A stretch of 63,940 nucleotides of DNA, filler included, from Octopus bimaculoides (lineage: Eukaryota): the NCBI RefSeq assembly GCF_001194135.2. It is 5 parts of 5 records of this genome, joined end to end, with 100 filler letters (N's around TTAATTAATTAA, not from the genome) between each part and the next. Parts side by side here need not be neighbours in the genome. Positions count along the whole stretch, not along the records: positions 20,817 to 41,127 come from NC_068983.1; positions 41,228 to 58,740 come from NC_068981.1; 3 more parts are not named here. One strand, written 5' to 3'. The position numbers and the translations under genes were made by a program. Shown one piece after another: positions 40,030 through 51,309 of this stretch. Below the pieces are notes generated by a model, which saw only the letters and a list, made by a program, of their open reading frames with translations, was not told where the DNA came from and made no database searches. How positions within the stretch are numbered: the stretch's first letter is position 1; each line of letters begins with the position of its first letter.

Positions 40030-41090
40030 TTTAATCAAAAGATTAAATGTGGTACTTAAAATGTTTGAGGCACCAGAATTTGGAAGGATAAAAACCAAAA
40101 ACAAAATCAAGAGATTTGGTGAATAAAATTTTAAGCTAAGCAACAAAAATCCAATAGGTTATAGCAGTACGTACGTTTCGTACAAGCTCCATTTATTCAT
40201 GTAGTGAGAACACCACAGAAAATACAATGAAAATGTACTCCTCAGCTGCATAATGGAATTTCATTTCAGAAAGTCATTTTGAAGATGTTTGCAAACATAC
40301 GTACTGCTATAACCTATTGAATTTTTGTTGCTTATTTTCAATTTATATATATATATATTTACACATACATGCATCTATACATATAAGTCCTACAACGATT
40401 TTCCGGATGTATTTCACTGTATATTTTCTCTCCTTCGTTCTAGGTATCAGAGTCCCTCTTCACCCCCTCCTAATAGTTTACCTGTGGCATCGTTTATTTC
40501 AAGTCCGATTTTTTATATCACTTGCACTATAATGTTAATACAAAAACATAATTCACACAGAGAGACATCCCTACATAGATGCATAGATATGTGTATGTGT
40601 GTGCGTGTGCGTGTGTGTGCATGTGTGTGTATTTTTGTGTTTCTGTAGGTGCGTGAGTGTATATAATTGCTCCTAATATAAACGGAATATCGGTATCAGC
40701 GTTTTGTGTTCTTTTTCTGTATTGTTCTTTAGTCATTCATCCAGAGACTTTTATATTTAAACTGTGACTATTTCTGGAGAGGATCTACATTCTTTTTGTA
40801 GAAATAGTAAATTCCTCGCCAATTCTTGGCTACATTTTATCGATTAACATATATTTTGTATGAAGTAATTTTGTTTCAAACCAATATATTCATAGGGCTA
40901 CGCTAGTAGACTAACTACAGAAACACATATATTAAATATCACTTGTATATAGTTGCATAAACATGAACACATACAACAATATCCGTTTTCATATTTACAT
41001 AAATACACAAAAAATTAATGTAGGGTTGTGTCGTATTGTACGCGCACTCCTATATACATGGATGAATATATCTACACAGACACGCACACA

Positions 41091-41127
<37 letters not shown>

Positions 41128-41227
41128 NNNNNNNNNNNNNNNNNNNNNNNNNNNNNNNNNNNNNNNNNNNNTTAATTAATTAANNNNNNNNNNNNNNNNN
41201 NNNNNNNNNNNNNNNNNNNNNNNNNNN

Positions 41228-41470
41228 TGTTTTCACTGTCCATTTTTTCCTGTCTTGGTTTGTGTTTGCCACCTTGGAATCCTCTGTGTAGTGGGTTGAT
41301 CCACTATTCAGGAAGAGACTATTCTAGAGTACGTTCTGTCTTATCTTCGAAACGTCTAGATAGAATAGAGACAGCTGATGAAGGGATATTCCAAGTGGCT
41401 TTCTGTTTTCCTATGTGTTCGTTCCGTTGTCTGTAGTTTATTGTTCTAACGTCCTGTACCCTGATATGCA
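41228..41470 (+). repeat. Dispersed repeat sharing TTCGAAAC..CTGATGAAGGGA..ACGTCCTGTACCC with 58380-58575 (minus)
   Basis: Both copies have the same motif order and the same end ACGTCCTGTACCC(N)ATATGCAT. Confidence 0.5.
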
Positions 41471-41538
41471 TATATATACACATGTAGATGTAAGTATGTA
41501 CATATATGTGTGTATACATGTATATATATTCCTTGTAT

Positions 41539-41572
<34 letters not shown>

Positions 41573-41639
41573 GTGCGATGCAGAAAAACATATATAGTGC
41601 ACAGAAGCGTATATTGCGATGCAAATAAATATCACGTTG

Positions 41640-41960
41640 TAGATAAACATGTTAGTGATGCTAAATAACAGATATTGGGGAAATTATATAAATGAACATT
41701 GATTAAGTGGCATTAACAAACATAAATTATGTTGATCAACAAATGTGATGTTGGTAAACATAATTTATGTTGATAAACAGATACAATTGACATTGATAAA
41801 CATAAATTATGTTGACTAACATATTTTAATGATGGAAATAAACAGGTATTGTAGATAAACAGACGCTGTTAAACAAATCATGTTGATGAATAGATATTGG
41901 CGATGTCGATAAACATTCATTACTGATATTGATAAACATAAATCCATAATGTTGATTGTA
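41640..41960. repeat. Cryptic degenerate tandem repeat built on (T)GATAAACA and AAACATAAATTATGTTGA
   Basis: GATAAACA at 41642, 41772, 41795, 41854, 41908 and 41931; a related patch lies at 43060-43212. Confidence 0.7.
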
Positions 41961-42049
41961 ACAGATAGCCGTCCTCGAATTTAAACCGTGAATATTTAAA
42001 ATCGAAAATCAAACCCGCTGGTCGATAACATTGCTATGTTCGGTAATAT

Positions 42050-42230
42050 TGATTTCAAATTTTGGCACAAGGCCAGCAATTTCGAGGAGGGGTAAGTCGA
42101 ATGTAAAGCTAAAGAAAATAAAAAGAGAAAAAATTCACTATTTTTATAGACCCCAAACGGATGAAAGGAAAAGTCAGCGGAATTTGAAATCAGAACGTCA
42201 AAACGGATGAAATGCCGCTAAGCATTTCGC
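42050..42230 (-). mobile_element. SINE family A copy
   Basis: GATTTCAAATTTTGGCACAAGGCCAGC...GGATGAAAGG..GAATTTGAAATCAGAACG..GAAATGCCGCTAAGCATTTCGCCCGG. Confidence 0.8.
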
Positions 42231-42319
42231 CCGGTAGGGAGGGGTGGTATAATCGACTGCTCCTCTCTCTTTAAAATTCCTGGCTTTGTATTTAAACTAG
42301 AACCACTATTTTGTGGGAT

Positions 42320-42480
42320 GTGAATTGGCGAAATCGTTAGAGAAAATGCGATGTGAGCTTTCCCTCTGATTCTTTACACTCTGAGTTCAAAATTCGCCGA
42401 GATCATCTTTACTTCTCATTCCCTCGGAGGTCAATGGAATAAGCGTCAGTCAAGCACTGGACTCGATATAATGGACAGCC
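42320..42480 (+). mobile_element. SINE family A copy, degraded
   Basis: TGGCGAAATCGTTAG...CTGAGTTCAAAATTCGCCGAG...AGCACTGG. Confidence 0.7.
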
Positions 42481-42729
42481 TCCATTTCCCTAAGTTAGTT
42501 TTAGTCCCTGTGTCTGTGTTCACAATAGCATAACTTGCGAAAAATCTGAGTATTTCTCTCACAGCCGTAAAATGCCTTTCAACCAGAGCTAAAAGCCTCA
42601 AGTGAATTTGGGTGGCATTCATATTACATAATGCAGATGTATATTTTGATTGGCACAGGAAAACTGAAGCGCGAAGTCAACCCCCGTGAGAACTGAAGGC
42701 GGAAGTATGTAGAACGAAAAGGAAAACCA

Positions 42730-42925
42730 AGCAATTTCGTGGGAGGACTAAGTCGATTACATCTAACCCAGTGTTCAACTGATACTTGTTTTATTGACCC
42801 CGAAAGGATGAAAGCCATTCGAATTCAGAACGTAAAGACGGGCGAAATGCTGCTAAGCATTTTGGTCAGCGCAGTGGGACTGAACCTGAAACCATGTGGT
42901 TGGGAAGCAAGCTTCTTACCACACA
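42730..42925 (-). mobile_element. SINE family A fragment joined to a family B head fragment
   Basis: AAGTCGATTACATC...GACCCCGAAAGGATGAAAG...GCTAAGCATTTT, then CGCAGTGGGACTGAACC...TTCTTACCACAC. Confidence 0.75.
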
Positions 42926-43214
42926 TCCACGTCTGAACTTATGCATATAAAAAAAAATCGAACATTATGTGTATTAAAAATGTCTTGTGTTATAAATAAA
43001 CTTCGTTGGAGATTATTATTCCTCTTATGAATTATTTAATACGTTAATATAACGCAACTACATCGATAAAGATATTTGTTCTGATGGTAAACAGATATTA
43101 GTGACGCTAACAAACATATATAAATGATTGATGCTGATAAACTGACAATAACGATGTTGTTAAATATAGTTCACTGATGTTAATAGATTGATATCAGTTA
43201 GACTTGATAAACAT

Positions 43215-43850
43215 ATTTTCTTAATTAGTTTCGTCTGGAGGAAGTCACTTCCCCCGTGACCAGGACTTATAAGAGGTAGGTTTAGCACCTACGTTGCTCC
43301 GGGAACTGGAGAGCGAATATGTGACTAGCTCCTCCTTAGTAGTAAAAACACACAGACTTCCTTGAATTCTGACCGGAATCCCACTCTCAACCCTAGGATA
43401 GTCTTGTTCCACTTTGCACTGTTTCTCTCGGTGGTACTGTTCATGATCTTCGCAAACTCTCCATGAACAATGAGATCAATACGATTAATGTTTCTCTTGA
43501 GTTTCAAGTCGACCACTACAAGAAAAAACATGCGCAGGGAAGGAATCCCAGATGATCGACGTTCTGAAGACAGTGGCCGTAGTGGTTAGTACAAACTTAG
43601 GCATGGGGGACATGTGATAAGGTGAAATTTGTGAGTCGAGAGTACCTGAGAAAGTGTGCCTGAGGATGGATGCGATGGTAAATAAGTAAGTGACTTTATA
43701 CCAATCATTCAGGTGACATTTGGCGGGATGCTCTCTTGGGTGTCTCTTTGCAGCAGCATGGCCGCCCCAGATGCAGGTGTAGTTCTCAGATTAGTGCATC
43801 TAATCTGAAGTTTGTAAAGTGTTAACAATTGTAGGAGGGAGATGGAATAT
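43215..43850 (-). mobile_element. Possible old non-LTR (R2/REL-type) 3' fragment
   Basis: GC-richer unique-looking block. Broken minus frames LQIRCTNLRTTP..CCKETP..KCH and FLVVVD..AKWNKTILGL..LLLRRS loosely follow the CCHC-then-endonuclease order. Confidence 0.3.
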
Positions 43851-44269
43851 TTTCTGGTCTGATGTGATGGATAAATCCTCAGAGATAATTAGCTAAGCAA
43901 AATACCTTAGCTAATGATTTAAGTCAGATTGCAAACTATCTTTCGAGACAAGCCGGACTGAAAATGTTTTTATATCTTATAGGAATAAGTGAAATTATGT
44001 TGATTAACATAGCCCTTCATCCTTTCGAGATTAATAAAAAAAAGGACCACTCTAGGTGGTGGTGGTGGTGGTAATAGATTAACTAGACTGTAAAAATATT
44101 TGATCGGACGCCTTTGTGTATTTATTCCGACTCTTTGCGTTCTGGGTTTGAATCCTACCATGACCGACTTGGACACTATATGAATTTGTCACTTCAATAG
44201 CACCACTTGGATGTTTTAAGCCGTTAGCATTCATATTTCTCTATCAAATGTAATACTTATATATTCATG

Positions 44270-44413
44270 TTCATTATTTACATCATTTATATTCGACAGA
44301 TATTTGTCCTCATCTTGTTTGTTGTTAACACAACGTTTCGGCTGATATACCCTCCAGCCTTCTTCAGGTGTCTTGGGGAAATTTCGAACCTGGGTTCTCA
44401 TTTCTAAGGTATT
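44270..44413 (-). mobile_element. Family F tail alone, inverted relative to the adjacent full copy
   Basis: Reverse complement of 44567-44684, over about 120 bp. Confidence 0.85.
44327..44372 (-). ncRNA. Putative minimal type-I hammerhead ribozyme (best-preserved copy)
   Basis: GACAC-CTGAAGA-A-GGCTG-GAGGGTATAT-CAGCC-GAA-ACGT-T-GTGTT. Stem I has 5 bp, stem II is a perfect 5 bp, the CUGANGA and GAA core is intact, stem III is palindromic, and the cleavage triplet is GUU. Confidence 0.6.
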
Positions 44414-44448
44414 AGATTTATAAGCCCTAAAATTCACTCCATGATTGC

Positions 44449-44700
44449 TCACGGGCATATGGCATAGTGGTTAGGAGCGCGGGTTACTAACCCCAAGATT
44501 CCGAGTTCGATTCCAAGCAGTGGCCTGAACAACAACAACAATAATAATAATAACAACATCGAAAACTACCTTAGGAATGAGGACCCAGGTTCGAAATTTC
44601 CCCAAGATACCCGAAGAATGCTGGAGGGTATATCAGCCGAAACGTGTTAACAACAAACAAGATGAGGACAAATATCCGTCGAATGTAGATAGTGAACATA
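44449..44700 (+). mobile_element. SINE family F, full-length (hammerhead core mutated CTGA>CCGA, 2-nt deletion)
   Basis: Head TGGCATAGTGG / GAGTTCGATTCC, (AAC/AAT)n linker, tail to TCCGTCGAATGTAGATAG. Confidence 0.9.
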
Positions 44701-45107
44701 ATTCTTCATCTCTTAAATATGGAACTGTATTATTTATTCACGTTGTTTTGAATTAAACTTGCATTATCTCGCAGGTTTGAGATATCAATATGATGGTTTC
44801 TTTTTAGAAAAACATTGAAGGATTTGTGTGAAAGGCTGAATGTAGCCGGTTTGAACATCCAGTAGGTAGAATATTTGAGTCTGATATAACGGGTTTAAAT
44901 GTTAAAGAGTTAAGCAGAGCCCATTCTGTTGCAAGCATTCAGAGCGCTTGTCCGGAATGAGGATACTTTCTTCCCTCCTTCCTACCAGTCTTGGAGGCCT
45001 TGCAAAGAGTTATGGGCACTGGATTCAGATCTGACCAAAAGAGGAAATAAAATACTCATACAAGTTTTTTTTTCTTTTTCTTTTTTCATTTTTTTAACGT
45101 CATCTGT

Positions 45108-45245
45108 AGTAATGAAAGAATCTCAACTACATGGTTCAGTCCCACTGCATGGAACCTTGGACAAGTATCTTCTACTATAGCCTCGGGCCGACCAAAGCTT
45201 TATGCGTGGATTTGGTAGATGGAAACTGAAAGAAGTTCGTCGTGT
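45108..45245 (+). mobile_element. SINE family B 5' half running into (TA)n and a gap
   Basis: GGTTCAGTCCCACTGC..CTTGGACAAGTATCTTCTACTATAGCCTCGGGCCGACCAAAGC..GGATTTGGTAGATGGAAACTGAAAGAAG. Confidence 0.85.
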
Positions 45246-45252
45246 ATGTATG

Positions 45253-45289
<37 letters not shown>

Positions 45290-45827
45290 NNNNNNNNNNN
45301 NNNNNNNNNNNNNNNNNNNNNNNNNNNNNNNNNNNNNNNNNNNNNNNNNNNNNNNNNNNNNNNNNNNNNNNNNNNNNNNNNNNNNNNNNNNNNNNNNNNN
45401 NNNNNNNNNNNNNNNNNNNNNNNNNNNNNNNNNNNNNNNNNNNNNNNNNNNNNNNNNNNNNNNNNNNNNNNNNNNNNNNNNNNNNNNNNNNNNNNNNNNN
45501 NNNNNNNNNNNNNNNNNNNNNNNNNNNNNNNNNNNNNNNNNNNNNNNNNNNNNNNNNNNNNNNNNNNNNNNNNNNNNNNNNNNNNNNNNNNATATATATA
45601 TATATATATATATAGATACATATATATAGATATAATATATATATGATATATATATATATAATATATATTCATATATATATATATATATAATATATATACA
45701 TATATATATAATATATACATATAATATATATATACATATGTATATATAATATATATACATATATGTATATATATATAATATATATACATATATGTATAAT
45801 ATATATATATACATATACGTATAATAT

Positions 45828-45861
<34 letters not shown>

Positions 45862-46740
45862 TGTTATATACGTATATATATTACAATATATTTACATATA
45901 TATATTAGAAAATATATATACATATATATCCATTATATATATATAAGTTAGTTAGTGGCATAATACCACATGACTATTAAATGTCATCGAGATTGAATTT
46001 CCTCGTTATCTCTCAGCGGCTGAGAAAACATGTACAGTTATCTATTAACATGCACAGTTAATCGACAATAATCTTTTTCTCCAAATTTTTGACATTGTTC
46101 CTAAGTTAGGAATCCCTATTCTGATTATTTGACGTACGTGGGCCAGTGAGAGATCATCTACGTGGGTACTCGACTTGCTAGAAATAGCTGCAAATCTCAC
46201 ACGACCGTCTTTAAAAAAATGGCAAGTTACACGGGATAATGTGGTACTAGATACACTGCATTTGAATAAAAAGACAGGTTACAACTGGAACCTTATTTAT
46301 CATAGGTCTGTTCAGGCAATTGGAATAGTGGAATTGTGAGAGCAGACACAAGCAACTTATTTCGAGAAGCAGGCCGCATGAGACATAATTCATCATCAAA
46401 CAGGCCGCACTACTGTAACAAAAAAATAATTCAAGTTAATTTTTCGTTCGGCGTACCATTCAGAAAGTTCCACGTACCGCAGTTTGCCCAAGACTGTATT
46501 AGAGCTTCTGATAAAATGCCAGCAATATTTAGTAACGCTCTGAGTTAAAATTTCGCCAACATCAAGTTAGGCTTTTATTTTTGTGTCGGGGAAATGAAAT
46601 AAAATAGCATATAAGTACTAAGGTTCATTTCATATTCCTGTGACATATCATTGAGGTGAAAGGGGTTATACTAGATGAAGACTAAGACAGGTCAGCGTTT
46701 AACTGAGGCTAAACAATAGCGCGTAAGCTTGAGATTGTGT

Positions 46741-47119
46741 GTTGGCACTCCGTCGCTTACGACGACGATAGTTCCAGTTGATCCGATCAACGGAACAGCC
46801 TGCTCGTGAAATTAACGTGCAAGTGGCTGAGCACTCCACAGACATGTGTACCCGTAACGTAGTTCTCGGGGATATTCAGCGTGACACAGTGTGACAAGGC
46901 TGACTCTTTGAATTACAGGTACAACAGAAAGAGGAAGTAAGAGTGAGAGAAAGTTGTGGTGAAAGAGTACAGCAGGGTTCACCACCATCCCCTACCGGAG
47001 CCTCGTGGAGCTTTAGGTGTTTTCGCTCAATAAACACTCACAACGCCCGGTCTGGGAATCGAAACCGCGATCCTATGACCGCGAGTCCGCTGCCCTAACC
47101 ACTGGGCCATTGCGCCTCC
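46741..47119 (-). mobile_element. tRNA-derived SINE family D, full-length
   Basis: The minus strand begins GGAGGCGCAATGGCCCAGTGGTTAGGGCAGCGGACTCGCGGTCATAGGATCGCGGTTTCGATTCCC (clear A and B boxes) and ends ...GATCAACTGGAACTATCGTCGTCGTAAGCGACGGAGTGCCAAC. Confidence 0.85.
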
Positions 47120-48372
47120 ACAAGCTTGATATTACCTCTCCTGTAACTTTGGTAGTAACCATCTCAATCTCTCAATTCAGTTTCTTTTTCTTAGCTTAAC
47201 CAGGAAAAGAAGAGTAATGTTAGTAACCTTCTGAGACTGGTGGAGTTGGGTGGGAGTTAAAATAGGTTAACCTCAAACGAGAAACCTGGTCCGATCGCTT
47301 GCAATAGAGTGGACAGTATTATATTAATCTAAACATCAAGGTGGTGTGGTATTAAACAGTGCGACGGATTAATTTGCCACCCTAGAACAGGAACTGGGTA
47401 ATCTTTCGGTAAAAGTTTATGACGTCATGATTGATTGTGCAACATTGACTTTCATTTGGTCAGCAGAAATGATCAAACACACTCTTGCGCACACACACTA
47501 ACTCGTGACTGAAGTCATGTACTAATACCGACACATTGCCCCAGGAACCGTCCTACCGATGGGTTTCCTCACAGTTTCTGTTTAATCAGATATCAATTGC
47601 ATTAATCAACTCAAGCCTAATTAAGAAGATACTTGCTCAAAATATCACGTAGTTGGATTAGACCTCTTAACCATTCAGCCACGCCAGAACAAAATAAACA
47701 TGTAGTCACATACAAAACTATTTCTACAACTTCAGATCAAATTTTAAGTGGGGTAGATCATTTTTGCCAATAGCATAACCGGTGTCAGTGATATGATGAG
47801 GTTCCAACCAGGAATCGAAACCAGATCTCCGCTTACCGAATCTAGTTTAATGGACTCTTAATGACTATATATGTATAAAATGAAACATCTTTTAAAAGAC
47901 AGAGGCTCTATATTTTTAAATGACATTCAAGTATTTCCCATAAGTATTTTGAAAAATAAATTCCATTCACGCCAAGGATACATAACCCTTTCTACATGTG
48001 GGAGAAAGAGATTCTTTACTAATCACTACAATCGTTTCGACCCATCGTGCATCGGTCCCTCGCGGGTGAGATGCTATACAAATTGTTGTGGTGCATCATT
48101 CGGTGCAGATGTGCCTCGTCAGGTGATTTGTCAAAAAGTCTTCATTCTTTAATCTCCGATAGTAGTGTTTAATAAAAAAAAAAAAATTCCCGTGAATTTT
48201 ATATGCTTTCTCTTTCTCTCATGTGTAATAAACTCTACGGATACGAAGGACTTCTTGAAGTAAATCCAGTAGTATTTAAATCCGTACTGTTGATAACATC
48301 AGGTAGCCGAATAGAGTGAACAGGCTTTAAACGGCATACTACAAAGTGTACACCAAAATTTAAGATCATAAT

Positions 48373-48590
48373 CCATTCTACTGTAAGATACAAGGCTTGG
48401 AATTTTGAGGAACAGAGTAAGTCGACAACATCGACCCAGTGTTCGGTTGATACTTATTTTATCGACCCCGAAAGAACAAAAGTCAAAGTCGACATCGACG
48501 TAATTTGAACTCAGAACGCAAAGACGTACGAAATGCCGTTAAACATTTTTGTGGGGGGCTGCGCGCAATTCTGCCAGCTCACCGCCTGAC
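48373..48590 (-). mobile_element. SINE family A copy
   Basis: GTCGAC..ATCGACCCAGTG..ACTTATTTTATCGACCCCGAAAG..GTCAAAGTCGAC..TTGAACTCAGAACG..ATTCTGCCAGCTCACCGCC. Confidence 0.85.
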
Positions 48591-48680
48591 ACTAAGAATA
48601 CATAATAGGAATATAAATGCATCTGAATGTTTGACTGGAGCATTGTTTTATCGAATTGAAAAAAAGTAAATAAATAAAAT

Positions 48681-49055
48681 AGGCGCAGGCGTGGCTGTGC
48701 GGTAAGAAATTTGCTTCCCAAGCACACAGTTCCAGGTTCAGTCCCACTGCGTGGCACCTTGGGCGACTGTGAGTGGATTTTGCTAATGGAAACTGTAAGA
48801 AGCCCATCGTATATATATATATATCTGTGTGTGTGTGAGTTGTTTGTTTGTAACCACCACCCCCATCACTGCTTCACAATTGATGGTATGTTTACGCCCC
48901 TGTAACTTAGCGGTTCGGCAAAAGACTCCGATATATTAAGTACTAGTCTTTTAAAAAAAGCAAAAAATGAAAAAAAACATGTCCTGTGCTCAGTTTGTTC
49001 GACTAAAACCCTTCAAGATGGTGCTCCAGCATGACTGAAGTAAAATGTAAAAGAG
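48681..49055 (+). mobile_element. SINE family B, near full-length
   Basis: AGGCGCAGGCGTGGCTGTGCGGTAAG..GGTTCAGTCCCACTGCGTGGCACCTTGGGC, then a (TA)/(TG) linker, then GTAACTTAGCGGTTCGGCAAAAG..GGTGCTCCAGCATG. Confidence 0.9.
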
Positions 49056-49471
49056 ATGAACCAAGATCTGAAACTAAATTGCTGCTCGTCGCGTTAGAAG
49101 CTCTATCTCTCGATCAGATGTTTTTATACCAGCCACGTTTAAAGTTGTTTACAAACATTATCGCTCAACACAATAACAAAGTTGCAAAATATTGATCTAA
49201 TTTATTCATGGACTCTTTTAAAATCATATGCTACTAATGGAAACAAATGTTTATTTAAAACGACGCAAGATGGGACACGTATCTTGTGATTTCTAGGCGA
49301 TGAGTGTATAAGATAGCTGATATAATAGTTCACATTTATTAAACATTCACTTCAAATCCATTTTCTTTGGAAGCCTTATTGTTTATCAACACAATCTTAC
49401 ATTTGTTTAGTTTGTTTGTTTTATTTAAGATAAGATAAGCAGTTAAACAAGCAAATACGCACAGAAACAGA

Positions 49472-49512
<41 letters not shown>

Positions 49513-49659
49513 AAATCGACTGCGAGTTAGTTCGCAGAATCACCGAGTACAAAAACTTTAAAATATGATATAAATACATGCATACACACATACTGATCAA
49601 TTTTACTAATAGATGGATGAATCGATTGTTCAATCGATAGGTCGATAGACAGATAGGCA

Positions 49660-49726
49660 GATGGGTGGATCGGGAGACAGACAGACAGAAAGACAGACAA
49701 ATAGACAGACAGACGGACAGACAAGC

Positions 49727-49785
<59 letters not shown>

Positions 49786-49825
49786 GTGATAGACAGATAG
49801 ATAGATATAAAGATAGATAGATAGA
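49660..49825. repeat. (GACA)n/(GATA)n compound microsatellite
   Basis: Direct reading of the sequence. Confidence 0.9.
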
Positions 49826-50202
49826 ACAATTCACAAAGTATATGAATAAAATAAAGTATTGTCCTTGTAGAAGAATAAACATGGGATGAGAGATGACGTC
49901 ATAACTGTTTACTGTTTCCTGACAACATGTTTCTTTCCGATAACAAATTACGTCGTGAAGCTAAAAGAATAGAAATAAAAGTTAAGAGGCGAGCATTTCA
50001 ATGAAATCTAAACATGTAATTTTGATAAGTGTGAAGTGTGCTGATCGTGACTTTCAATAATTTAACCAGAGTAGTTGGTATCATTGTTATCAATATCGTT
50101 GTTGTTGTTGTTGTTATTGTTGTAATTGCGTTTATTATCCTGTTATTGTTACTGATGTTTAGCCCCGAGTCACTTATGAAACCAGAGAATGATAATCCTT
50201 TC

Positions 50203-51230
50203 CACAGGCATAAGGTCTGAAATTTTGGGGAAGGGGCATAGCCGGTTGCATCAACTGGTACTTATTTCACCAACCCAGAAAGGATGAAAAGCGATGTAGA
50301 CCTCACAGCGGCATTGTAACTTAGAGTGTAAAGACGGGCGAAATGTCGCTAAGCATTTTGTCAAGTGTGCTGACAATTCTGCCAGCCCGCCACCTCAGTA
50401 ATAATAAGAGGAATAAGAATAATAAGAATAATGATTTCAAATTTTGGCACAAGGCCAGCAAGGAAGGTGCTAAGTCGAATAGATCGACCTCTGTGTTCAA
50501 CCGAAAGAATGAAAAGCAAAGTCAACTTCGGCTGAATTTGAACTCAGAACGAGAAGACAGACGAAATACCGCTAGGCATTTTGCCCGGAATCTTTTCTAC
50601 TATACGCATAAGGTCTGGAATTTGTGGGGAAGGGAACAGTCGATTACATCTACCCCAGAACTCAACAAATATATCCTCCCCGAAAGGACAAAAGGCAAAG
50701 TCGAACTCAGGACGTAAAGACAGTCGAAATGCCTCTAAACATTTTGTCCGGCATGCTAAAATTTCTACCAGAACGCCGCCTTAATAATAATCCTTATTAC
50801 AAAAGGCACAAGGCCTGAAATTTGAGGGGAGGAGGATAGTCGATTACATTGATCCCAGTTCTCAGCTGGTACTTAATTTATCGCCCCTCCCGAAAGGATG
50901 AAAGGCAAAGTCGAACTCGGTGGCATTTGAACTCAGGGCGTAAAGACGGACGACATACTGCTAAGCTTTTCGCCTGGCGTTCTAATGATTCTGCCAGCTT
51001 GTCAACTTAATAACGCTTTCTACTATAGGCACAAGGTCTGAAATTTTGAGGGGCGCGGGATAGTCGAACACACCGACCCCCAGTGCGCAACTGGTACTTA
51101 TTTTATCGACTCCGAAAGGATGAAAAACAAAGTTGAGCTCGGCGGAATTTGGATTCAGGGCGTAAAGACAGACACAATGCCGCTAAGCATTTTCTGTGAC
51201 GCGCGAAGGATTCTGCCGGCTCGCCGCCTT
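50203..51230 (-). mobile_element. Five head-to-tail SINE family A copies
   Basis: Copies at about 50203-50395, 50432-50590, 50597-50782, 50792-51010 and 51016-51230, separated by short AAT-rich spacers. Confidence 0.9.
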
Positions 51231-51309
51231 CAACCGAGAGAACAATAATCATGGCGTTCCAACGTCACTATTCCGTCTAGTTTCTGTATCAAAGTCTCAA
51301 CTATTCTTT

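Noticed and set aside
47871-48152. 93-aa ORF with a GTGAGA donor-like site at about 48065
   Set aside because: No homology is recognisable and the acceptor is weak; chance ORF.
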